DNA from: Blastocatellia bacterium UBA7656
GTDB taxonomy: Bacteria > Acidobacteriota > Blastocatellia > UBA7656
Direction of reading: 5' to 3'
Assembly (NCBI GenBank): GCA_002483445.1
Contig: DLHY01000152.1
Span: forward strand, 4,021 to 68,020
DNA length: 64,000 bases
This document shows positions 9,957 to 17,616 of the stretch, piece by piece. The position numbers were made by a program, and so were the translations under genes. Every line of letters starts with the position of its first letter. Position 1 is the first letter of the stretch. A model generated the notes under the pieces. It did not search any database, was not told the DNA's origin, and saw only the letters and a program-made list of their open reading frames with translations.

Positions 9957-10934
9957 TTATTGTAGCAACTGCGAAGCGCCGCGCCCTCCGACGGCAACTC
10001 CTCGCGCGGGAGTCGCAAGATCAATAGCCGACAGATCGCGCGATGAAACCGTGTTTATTGTAACCCACCCTCGCCCGCCATCGCGCGATTCGAGGGTAAC
10101 GCCATGAGCGCCGACCGCCCAGAAAACATCTCCCGATGCGGCAATTGCGTTGATCGCTTCAGTCGTCCCCGACTCGACTCTGCTCCAGTTTGCGCCGTCT
10201 TCGCTGCGAAGGACGGTTCCCGCTTCGCCCACCGCCGCCATAATTCCCGAAGGCGAAAGGGCGAGTCCGAAGAGCGCGCGCGATGTTCCCCCGCTTTGTT
10301 TCATCCACGTCTGACCGCCGTCCGCGGTGCCGATTATGATTCCGTCTTCGCCGACCGCCCAGCCGCGATCGTGGGTGGCGAAGCGAATCGCCCAGAAGCT
10401 TTCAACGCGATCAGTCTCGATCTGTTCCCACGTCTCGCCGCCGTCCGTCGTGCGAAGCATCAGACCTCCCGCGCCTGCCGCGCCGCCTGCGGCCCATCCT
10501 TTATTCTCATCGATGAAAAAGATCGAGTTGATGACCTCGCCCTGACGTTCGACTCTCTGAGCTTTCCATGTCCTCCCTCCGTCATCAGTTCGTTCGATGC
10601 GTCCGGCATAGCCTGCGACCCATCCGCGCTGAGGGCTTATGAAAAAAATCGAAGCCAGCACTTCGGGCGTCGTGGCTATGGGCTGCCAGCTTGCGCCGCC
10701 GTCTGAGGTGGCATAGATCGCGCCGCCTTTTCCCATCGGGTCGATGTCGCCTGCGGCCCAGCCTGTTTTATCGTCGATTAGATCGACAGCCAGAAGATCG
10801 AGCTTTCCAATGCTCGACCCGGCGACCCATCGGGCTGCGTCCGCTGAGGGAGAGATTTCCTTCGCGCAGGAGACAAACGCGAGCAGCAGGAAAATGACGA
10901 ACAGTTTCGATCCGTTCAAAATCTGATGATTCAC
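9957..10934 (-). CDS. Ycf48-like / BNR-repeat beta-propeller protein (photosystem II stability/assembly factor-like).
   Basis: Repeated SxDGGxTW Asp-box motifs (TSDGGASW, TDDGGRTW, TTDGGETW, TADGGQTW, SRDGGRGW); N-terminal lipoprotein-like signal (LLLAFVSCAK). Confidence 0.75.
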   Translation of the reverse strand: MNHQILNGSKLFVIFLLLAFVSCAKEISPSADAARWVAGSSIGKLDLLAVDLIDDKTGWAAGDIDPMGKGGAIYATSDGGASWQPIATTPEVLASIFFISPQRGWVAGYAGRIERTDDGGRTWKAQRVERQGEVINSIFFIDENKGWAAGGAAGAGGLMLRTTDGGETWEQIETDRVESFWAIRFATHDRGWAVGEDGIIIGTADGGQTWMKQSGGTSRALFGLALSPSGIMAAVGEAGTVLRSEDGANWSRVESGTTEAINAIAASGDVFWAVGAHGVTLESRDGGRGWVTINTVSSRDLSAIDLATPARGVAVGGRGASQLLQ

Positions 10935-11020
10935 AATAAGTTGTGACCGACGACCTCGGAAAGTTTATCACAGGCGCGTCAGTCTGTCTTGTTTGCTACG
11001 CGCCTCGCAAGAAATTTGTA

Positions 11021-11150
<130 letters not shown>

Positions 11151-11174
11151 TGCTGTTGGACTCTCGAATCAATA

Positions 11175-14000
11175 CTAAAGCCTGATTATTTTCGATTCGC
11201 ACTCAGGCATTCCGAGTTTGCGAGTGACGTTTCGCGTATCGAGTATGAGCGGCGCGAGGCGGGCTACGCGCGAGTAGTCTACGTTTGAGTGATCCGTCAC
11301 TATCAGCGCGCAATCGCATGAGACGATAAGTTCGTCCGTGAGCGGCTCGCTTCGGAGCGCCTCCTTGCTGTCGAGCCTCATCTCCGCGATATAAGAATCG
11401 TGATAGCTGACTCGTGCGCCTTTCGCTATGAGTTCTTCGACTATGGCGAGTGCAGGCGATTCCCGCACATCATCGATATCGCGCTTGTAGGCCACGCCCA
11501 GCACCAGCACGCGCGACCCTCTGAGCGGTTTGCTGTGATCGTTCAAAGCGTCCTGAACCCGACCGATCACATAGCGAGGCATGTGCGAATTGACTTCTTC
11601 GGCCAATCCGATGAAGCGCGCTTCGAATCCGTGCAGCCGCGCTTTCCATGAGAGATAGTGAGGGTCGAGAGGTATGCAATTATGCGCATAAATCCCGAAT
11701 GAAGTAGCGAACGTGTGAGTGTCTTCGACCTCGACGGAGTATACATCGACTGGGGATTCAGGCAGAGCAATCTCGATTGATTTAATCGGAACAGTCATAA
11801 GCAATCCTGCTGCTTTGAATGTTTTGCTTGCCGGAGCGCGACGGCTTTCTTCAAAGTATCGTTCTAAAGATTTGCCTTTGTTTCCAAGCCAGCCACGCAA
11901 CTTCATCAACTGCTCTCGACCTTTGAGTCTGAGATGCGGCTTCACACGATTAAATGTTGGAGTAAAGCCGAGGCTTTGAAGCAGGTAGACAGTTTGTTGA
12001 AACAATATAGGGCTGCTGCTGAAGAAGCCCACTTCTGCTGAAGCGTTTCGGCTGATATAACTCCGACCGTTTTTCCTGTAAGGCCGCATTCCTGTAATCA
12101 CATAAACATCCCCATCTCCGCGCAAAAGACCTTTGAGCAGTTCCCGCCGATGCACAGGAGATGCGCTCATCAAAACGTCAGGCACTCGCATGTCTGTGGA
12201 GCGCGCGCCGCAACTAAGCACATCTGCAAACAGCCATCCGAGCAATGGGGAACTAGCGCGAATATGTGTGGCTCTGTCGATTTTCGAATGGCTAATACTG
12301 CTCTTCACCCCCAATTCATTTTGCAAAAGGGAACGAACATCGTTGATGAATTCTGTCTCTGCACTGTTGAAAGTAAAACGAATTCGATAGCGCCCGTACT
12401 CGCGACTGATGCAACCTTCTGCAAGGTAATATCCAATCAGCCTCGCCAGACCGGGGGTCAGATTTATCTTTACGGGAAAAGATGTCATGCTTGGCCCTCG
12501 TCCTGTGTGCAGGCGAAGCGATTCATGAGGAAGGCTCAAATCTCCCGATCTTTCCAGTGCAAGAAAATCGTTAAATGGAACATAATCCTGACGCATGAAT
12601 TCATGAATAGAACTGGCTGACAGCCTGCTGCGAAGCGATTCCCGATGATCGCGCCATACTCCACCAACTATTCGAATCCGTGCCTTTGCCGCCAGATCGG
12701 AAGGTATAAGCGAAAATAGATCAAGGGATGGGTTGGTTGCATCGCCCGTTAATCCTCCCATCACAGGCGTAGGCAAATAGTGAATGGGGATTCGATCACC
12801 CGATGTCAAATCTCTGGCAAACACCTGACGCAATCGACCCTGCTCATCGCTCACCAGCATCGGATGTTTGTCGGTCGCCTTCAAACGCCGGTTGTCGCTC
12901 GTCGTGACGGTGACGATTTCTCCTTCATACTTGCGGCGGAAAAGGTATGTGAGGGGTTTCCATACGGGCTGCTGCGTTTCAGCATCGAGCGACAAAGCTT
13001 CAAGACCAGGCGCGTAAATAATCTCCGCGCCGTCGACAGTGAATCGGCGCACATCCGGCTTCGAAACCTGTTCAGCAAAAATTGCGGCGAGCGACGTGAC
13101 GCGCTCTATCTTCTCATTAGCAGATCGAACGATTATGGTTTCTTGTCCAACCAGACAATGCCCACCTATTCCGGGGCCGGGATAGAAGGCCATGAATCCG
13201 AATGGCTTGGTCGCTGCCGCATGAATGACTTCCCACGAATCGATCCCGAGATGATGGCAAAGCTGAGCCATCTCGTTGACTAAAGCTATGTTGACGGAAC
13301 GAAAAGTATTTTCCAGAAGCTTCGCCGTCTCGGCCACTCTCGCGCTCGAAACCTTATGCACTCGCTCTACGATGGTTTGATAAAGCGCCGCCGCAATCTC
13401 GGTCGACAACCCTGACACTCCGCCGACTACTTTCGGGATGTTATGAGTTTGAAACTGAGGATTGCCCGGATCGACTCTTTCAGGCGAGAAGGCAAGAAAA
13501 AAATCCTTGTCCAGAGCAAGCCCCCTCTCTTCCAGCATCGGAAGCAACACTTCGTCGGTCGTGCCGGGATAAGTGGTCGATTCGAGAATGACCAATTGAG
13601 GCGAACGCAGATTGGCTCTCACCTGCTCGCTTGCGGCGAGGATGTAAGAGATATCAGGCTCTTTGGTTTTGCGAAGCGGAGTCGGCACGCAAATGATGGC
13701 AGCATCTATTTCTTTGAGGCGCGAAAAATCGGTCGTCGCCCTTAGCTTTTCTCTTTCAACAAGCGCGCGTATCGATTCGGTAGCAACGTCGGGTATATAA
13801 GAAACTCCTGAATTGATCGTTTCAGTTCGATGGGCGTCGAGATCGAATCCTAAAACGCTGAACCCGCCGCGACCGAATTCGACCGCAAGCGGCAATCCCA
13901 CATAACCGAGTCCGAGTATGCCCACGACGGCGCGACGCTCTATGATTTTGCTCAATAATTCTGCGCTCATTTTTATTTCCTCGATCCTTGCGCGTGACAC
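11175..14000 (-). CDS. UDP-N-acetyl-D-mannosamine/UDP-sugar 6-dehydrogenase (WecC/TviB/Cap5O family) interrupted by an in-frame intein.
   Basis: N-extein: GILGLGYVGLPLAVEF Rossmann motif, then ...PGPGIGGH. C-extein begins CIPLDPHYL (canonical GGHCIP catalytic-Cys motif) and continues with the UDP-binding domain (VLVLGVAYKRDIDDVRESPA). Exteins sum to ~448 aa, a normal size for this family. Confidence 0.85.
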   Translation of the reverse strand: MSRARIEEIKMSAELLSKIIERRAVVGILGLGYVGLPLAVEFGRGGFSVLGFDLDAHRTETINSGVSYIPDVATESIRALVEREKLRATTDFSRLKEIDAAIICVPTPLRKTKEPDISYILAASEQVRANLRSPQLVILESTTYPGTTDEVLLPMLEERGLALDKDFFLAFSPERVDPGNPQFQTHNIPKVVGGVSGLSTEIAAALYQTIVERVHKVSSARVAETAKLLENTFRSVNIALVNEMAQLCHHLGIDSWEVIHAAATKPFGFMAFYPGPGIGGHCLVGQETIIVRSANEKIERVTSLAAIFAEQVSKPDVRRFTVDGAEIIYAPGLEALSLDAETQQPVWKPLTYLFRRKYEGEIVTVTTSDNRRLKATDKHPMLVSDEQGRLRQVFARDLTSGDRIPIHYLPTPVMGGLTGDATNPSLDLFSLIPSDLAAKARIRIVGGVWRDHRESLRSRLSASSIHEFMRQDYVPFNDFLALERSGDLSLPHESLRLHTGRGPSMTSFPVKINLTPGLARLIGYYLAEGCISREYGRYRIRFTFNSAETEFINDVRSLLQNELGVKSSISHSKIDRATHIRASSPLLGWLFADVLSCGARSTDMRVPDVLMSASPVHRRELLKGLLRGDGDVYVITGMRPYRKNGRSYISRNASAEVGFFSSSPILFQQTVYLLQSLGFTPTFNRVKPHLRLKGREQLMKLRGWLGNKGKSLERYFEESRRAPASKTFKAAGLLMTVPIKSIEIALPESPVDVYSVEVEDTHTFATSFGIYAHNCIPLDPHYLSWKARLHGFEARFIGLAEEVNSHMPRYVIGRVQDALNDHSKPLRGSRVLVLGVAYKRDIDDVRESPALAIVEELIAKGARVSYHDSYIAEMRLDSKEALRSEPLTDELIVSCDCALIVTDHSNVDYSRVARLAPLILDTRNVTRKLGMPECESKIIRL
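11679..13157 (-). mobile_element. Full-length intein (~493 aa) with LAGLIDADG homing-endonuclease domain, inserted at the catalytic cysteine of the UDP-sugar dehydrogenase.
   Basis: Block A CLVGQETIIV. Block B ATDKHPMLV (TxxH). LAGLIDADG motifs LIGYYLAEGCIS and LKGLLRGDGDVYV. Block F VYSVEVEDTHTFA. Block G ...GIYAHN followed by +1 Cys (CIPLD). Junction codons checked in DNA: ...GGH|C at 13155-13157 and N|C at 11679-11681 / 11676-11678. Confidence 0.8.
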
Positions 14001-14056
14001 GGGGAAGGGGCGACACGCGATTCATGAAACTACGCCGCATCAGGCGCGTCAACAGA

Positions 14057-14120
14057 AATGCGGAATTGCGAATGCGGAATGCGGAATAAGGGAATCTTTC
14101 TTCATTCCGCACTCCGCATT
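14057..14120. repeat. Microsatellite hairpin (GCGGAAT repeats vs ATTCCGC repeats) between wecC-like start and heptose-kinase stop.
   Basis: aatgcggaattgcgaatgcggaatgcggaat ... cattccgcactccgcatt; the right arm overlaps the stop codon at 14119. Confidence 0.6.
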
Positions 14121-15102
14121 AAAGTGTGGCCATCAACTCGTCTCGCGCGACGGCAGCCGTTCCCAGTTTGCCCACGACTACGCCCGCCGCGTGATTGGCA
14201 AGCACAGCCGCTTCGACAAACGACGCGCCCGCTGCAAGAGCCACCGCCAGCGTCGCTATCACAGTATCGCCCGCGCCCGTCACGTCGTAGACTTCGCGGG
14301 CGACCGTAGGTATGTGGGTCATCTCGCCCCCGGAAGTGAAAAGCGACATCCCTTCTTCGCCGCGTGTGATGAGCGCCGCGCGACAATCAATCCCGGCGAG
14401 TATCCTCCGGCCCGCTTCGATCAGGCTCGCTTCATCTTCTATCGCAATCCCCGCAGCCTCAGCCGCTTCCTGAGTGTTGGGAGTGATGATGGTCAGCGGC
14501 TGATAGCGCGAGAAGTTGCGCGCCTTGGGATCGATGCAAACCGTAAGGTTGCTCGTGCGCGCGGCTTCAAGCGCCCGCGCAAGCAGGCTTTCAGTCAAAA
14601 GCCCTTTGTTGTAATCCGACACAACGAGGGCGTCGGCTTTTTCCATCTCGCGGCGAAACAGATCGATGATCTCGTCTTCGATTTCCGGAGAAACCGGCCT
14701 GCGGCTTTCGCGGTCTGCGCGCACTACCTGCTGGTTGTGAGCGATGATGCGAGTCTTGAGCGTCGTCGGTCGCGACGGGTCTCGAACCAGAGTGGAAGTC
14801 TCGACGCCTATGGCATGAAATTTCGATCTGAGACGTTCCGCATCATCATCATCTCCGACGACGCCAAGCATCACGGGGCTTGCGCCGAGAGCCGCCAGAT
14901 TCGAAACCACATTGCCCGCGCCTCCGATGGACAGCGTTTGTCGTTCGACTTCGACTACAGGCACGGGCGCTTCGGGAGAAATCCTTCGCACTCGCCCCCA
15001 TACGAATTCATCGAGCATTACATCGCCCAGCACGACGATCCGTTTATCCGCGAATTCATCGATCAATGTCTTTGCGCGCTCTCGCTCTATGCCTTGACTC
15101 AT
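14119..15102 (-). CDS. D-glycero-beta-D-manno-heptose-7-phosphate kinase (RfaE/HldE domain I; pfkB carbohydrate kinase).
   Basis: KRIVVLGDVMLDEFVWGRVRRISPEAPVPVV at N-terminus and GAGDTVIATLAVALAAG pfkB motif at C-terminus. Confidence 0.85.
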   Translation of the reverse strand: MSQGIERERAKTLIDEFADKRIVVLGDVMLDEFVWGRVRRISPEAPVPVVEVERQTLSIGGAGNVVSNLAALGASPVMLGVVGDDDDAERLRSKFHAIGVETSTLVRDPSRPTTLKTRIIAHNQQVVRADRESRRPVSPEIEDEIIDLFRREMEKADALVVSDYNKGLLTESLLARALEAARTSNLTVCIDPKARNFSRYQPLTIITPNTQEAAEAAGIAIEDEASLIEAGRRILAGIDCRAALITRGEEGMSLFTSGGEMTHIPTVAREVYDVTGAGDTVIATLAVALAAGASFVEAAVLANHAAGVVVGKLGTAAVARDELMATL

Positions 15103-15105
15103 GTT

Positions 15106-16134
15106 TCAACTTTCTTTGCCTGCCGACTCTGCGGCCAGAACTTCATCAACAGAAGCCGAGACGCTTGAAGAGGGTATCATCTCGATTGCGTTTTCAGCAT
15201 GTACGACTCGATAAGGAGCGTCCGTCCACGGATGCCAGACCGCGGGGTTCGATGATCCGAACAGGACGACCATCGGGCGATTGAACGCTGCGGCTATGTG
15301 CGCGGGGCCGCTGTCATTGCCGACGAACAGCGCGCTCATTTTAATTATCGCCATCAACTCTTTCAAACTCAGGCGCGCAAGGACAGGCGGACGGCTTCGC
15401 GCCTTCGCGGAAACCTCTTCTGCAAAGGCTTCCTGTCCGGGGCCTGCGATTACGATGCTCGGCAGATTCCAATGCTCGCGCAGGTGATCGGCTATGGAAG
15501 AAAATCCCGCAGTAGTCCATCGCTTCGATTCCATAGCCGCAGAAGGCGCGATGATGGCAAAAGGTTCGCCGCGCAGACCGCCGATTCGCTCGATTCGCGT
15601 GCGCGCGCTCTCTTCAGCTTCGTGAGAAACGAAGAGAATGAGCCGCGGTTCGTCGGGCCACGGCACGCCCGACCAGTGAAGGAGCGCGAGTTGCTGCTCG
15701 ACGCTGTGAATGCGCGAGCGGCCAAGTATGACATCGGGCGACGGGGCGCGATGCGTGAGCAACTCTGTCAATCGATGTCCGGCAAAAGCCACCTGTTGAC
15801 GCGCGCCTGCGAGTCGGGCCATCACAGTGGCCGTAGTGCCGCCGTGCATGTTGAAAGCGATATCGAATCGCTCAGGTCGCAATGCGCGAATGAGTCGGGC
15901 GCGGGACGAGAGCGACGATTCTACCCGGATCAATTCATCGACCAGAGGATGATCTTCGAGCAGAGGCGCGGAGAGCGGCTCGCTGACCACTGAGATTTTT
16001 ATGTCTGTCCGCCAGGTCTTGATGGCCGAAAGGCAGGGAGTCATCAAAGCCGTGTCGCCTATCGATCTGAGGCGTATGAGAAGCACGCTTCGCGCGCGAG
16101 ACCAGTCCGGCAGAGTGATTTTTCGTAGCATCAC
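15106..16134 (-). CDS. ADP-heptose:LPS heptosyltransferase (glycosyltransferase family 9).
   Basis: VLLIRLRSIGDTALMTPCLSAIK N-terminal GT9 motif and C-terminal LFVGNDSGPAHIAAAFNRPMVVLFG motif. GTG start at 16134. Confidence 0.85.
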   Translation of the reverse strand: MMLRKITLPDWSRARSVLLIRLRSIGDTALMTPCLSAIKTWRTDIKISVVSEPLSAPLLEDHPLVDELIRVESSLSSRARLIRALRPERFDIAFNMHGGTTATVMARLAGARQQVAFAGHRLTELLTHRAPSPDVILGRSRIHSVEQQLALLHWSGVPWPDEPRLILFVSHEAEESARTRIERIGGLRGEPFAIIAPSAAMESKRWTTAGFSSIADHLREHWNLPSIVIAGPGQEAFAEEVSAKARSRPPVLARLSLKELMAIIKMSALFVGNDSGPAHIAAAFNRPMVVLFGSSNPAVWHPWTDAPYRVVHAENAIEMIPSSSVSASVDEVLAAESAGKES

Positions 16135-16301
16135 TCTTCAATCACGGCCTCGTCGATAAGCATAACGGGGATGTCGTCTCGAATGGGATAAACCCGTCTG
16201 CACTGGGGGCATTTCAGCGCGCTTCTATCCGGCTTGATCTCAACCTTCACCTTGCACGCCGGACAGGCAAGAATTTCGAGCAGTCTTTCGCTTACCGGCA
16301 A
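16131..16301 (-). CDS. Trm112-like (DUF343) small protein, 56 aa; not in the supplied ORF track (<60 aa).
   Basis: Reverse-strand translation from TTG at 16301 (AGGAGG SD 6 nt upstream): (M)PVSERLLEILACPACKVKVEIKPDRSALKCPQCRRVYPIRDDIPVMLIDEAVIEE. CPxCK...CxxC...YPI.D.IP.ML.DEA is the Trm112 signature. Stop overlaps the heptosyltransferase GTG (GTGA). Confidence 0.6.
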   Translation of the reverse strand: MPVSERLLEILACPACKVKVEIKPDRSALKCPQCRRVYPIRDDIPVMLIDEAVIEE

Positions 16302-16321
16302 AAGGCACCTCCTAGGGGAAA

Positions 16322-16349
16322 CAGTTTTCAGTTTTCAGTTTTCAGTTTT
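16322..16349. repeat. CAGTTTT x4 microsatellite (same unit as the hairpin at 57425-57553).
   Basis: cagttttcagttttcagttttcagtttt read directly. Confidence 0.5.
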
Positions 16350-16593
16350 CAATTCTTCATCATTTCAGGGCGTCGTTGAAAACGGCCTGAGCGATTTCTC
16401 AGAAAACGTACAGCAGGCTGCCAGCCTGCGGGTTCCCCGTTTTCATGCTTTCAGTTCATGCGCAATCTAACAGATTGCGCCATAGGGAATCCTTTCTTGA
16501 AGCGGAGAAGTCTAGCACTCGGTCAGCGAGGCGGTCAATTTTCGCAGCCGTTGAAAGCCCGGTATCTGCGTGATAATCTTTCAACACTCCATA

Positions 16594-17565
16594 ATGAAGC
16601 CCGAAGGAAAAATAAATCTCTTTTCGCGCTCGAAGGCGCTGGTCGCCGCGACAGTAGCGGCAGTTTTTTTCATCTCTTCGGCTCTGGCCCAAAAAGAGCA
16701 GGTCATCAAGCTCAACACCGATCTCGTCGTCATCGATGTGACTGTCACCGACAAGGATGGCAACTTCATTCGCAACCTCAAGGCTGAGGATTTCGCGATC
16801 TACGAAGACGACCAGATGCAGAAGATCGATTTCTTCGAGATGAATGAAGAAGCGGCGCTGACACGTCCGCTCGCTGTCGTCTTCGCGCTGGACGTATCGG
16901 GCAGCATCACTTCCGAAGAAGTCATCAAGCAGCGCGAGGCGACCGAGCATTTCATGAAACTGGTTCGCACTGATTCGGTCTTCTCTATCATCGCTTTCAA
17001 CAATGAAATCCGAGTCCTTCAGGATTTCACCAGCGACGCGAAGCGAATCAGATCGGCTTTCGAGAAGATCAAAGAGGTCGGCGGCTCTTCAAGAATTTTC
17101 GGCTCGATAGATCGCTCGGTTTCCCTGCTCCGTCGCGCCCCGCGCTACAAAAGCGGAAGGCGGTTGCGTCGCGTGGTCGTCGTACTCAGCGACGGATTCG
17201 ACAACATAGACCCGACCGATCAGACGGAATTGATCCGCCGCGCCAACGAAGCAGAGGTCACGGTTTATTCGATCACGCTGCCTTCATACCTTCCGGGCGC
17301 GATTGCGAACCAGCGGTCGATGACCTTGCTCGATGTCTCGCGCATAGTGCCGATGACGGGAGGCAAGGATTTTTCGGCGGACACGAAAGATTTCACTCCC
17401 GTATTCAAATCCATCGCCGAAGAAATCCGCGCGAGTTATACGCTGGCCTATTATCCGCCCGAAGAGAGTCGAAGAGACGGGCGCGCGCATCAACTTCGCA
17501 TCGAAGCCCGCCGCAGCGGAGCGATAGTGCGCGCGAGTCGGACAACCTATCAGGCTCCCAAATGA
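16594..17565 (+). CDS. von Willebrand factor type A (VWA) domain protein, secreted.
   Basis: Signal peptide; MIDAS motif AVVFALDVSGSIT; typical VWA spacing (VLSDGFDN...). Start at MKPEGK (16594) preferred over the upstream ATG. Confidence 0.75.
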   Translation: MKPEGKINLFSRSKALVAATVAAVFFISSALAQKEQVIKLNTDLVVIDVTVTDKDGNFIRNLKAEDFAIYEDDQMQKIDFFEMNEEAALTRPLAVVFALDVSGSITSEEVIKQREATEHFMKLVRTDSVFSIIAFNNEIRVLQDFTSDAKRIRSAFEKIKEVGGSSRIFGSIDRSVSLLRRAPRYKSGRRLRRVVVVLSDGFDNIDPTDQTELIRRANEAEVTVYSITLPSYLPGAIANQRSMTLLDVSRIVPMTGGKDFSADTKDFTPVFKSIAEEIRASYTLAYYPPEESRRDGRAHQLRIEARRSGAIVRASRTTYQAPK

Positions 17566-17616
17566 GCAGGAACAATCTGCCGCGCCAGGGTCACTGAGGC
17601 CCGCTTCTACTCTGTT

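Noticed and set aside
14102-15284. Arg-rich ORFs antisense to the heptose kinase (14102..14386, 14880..15284, 13918..15168).
   Set aside because: They overlap a confidently identified pfkB kinase on the other strand and have Arg/Pro-rich composition typical of GC-rich antisense frames.
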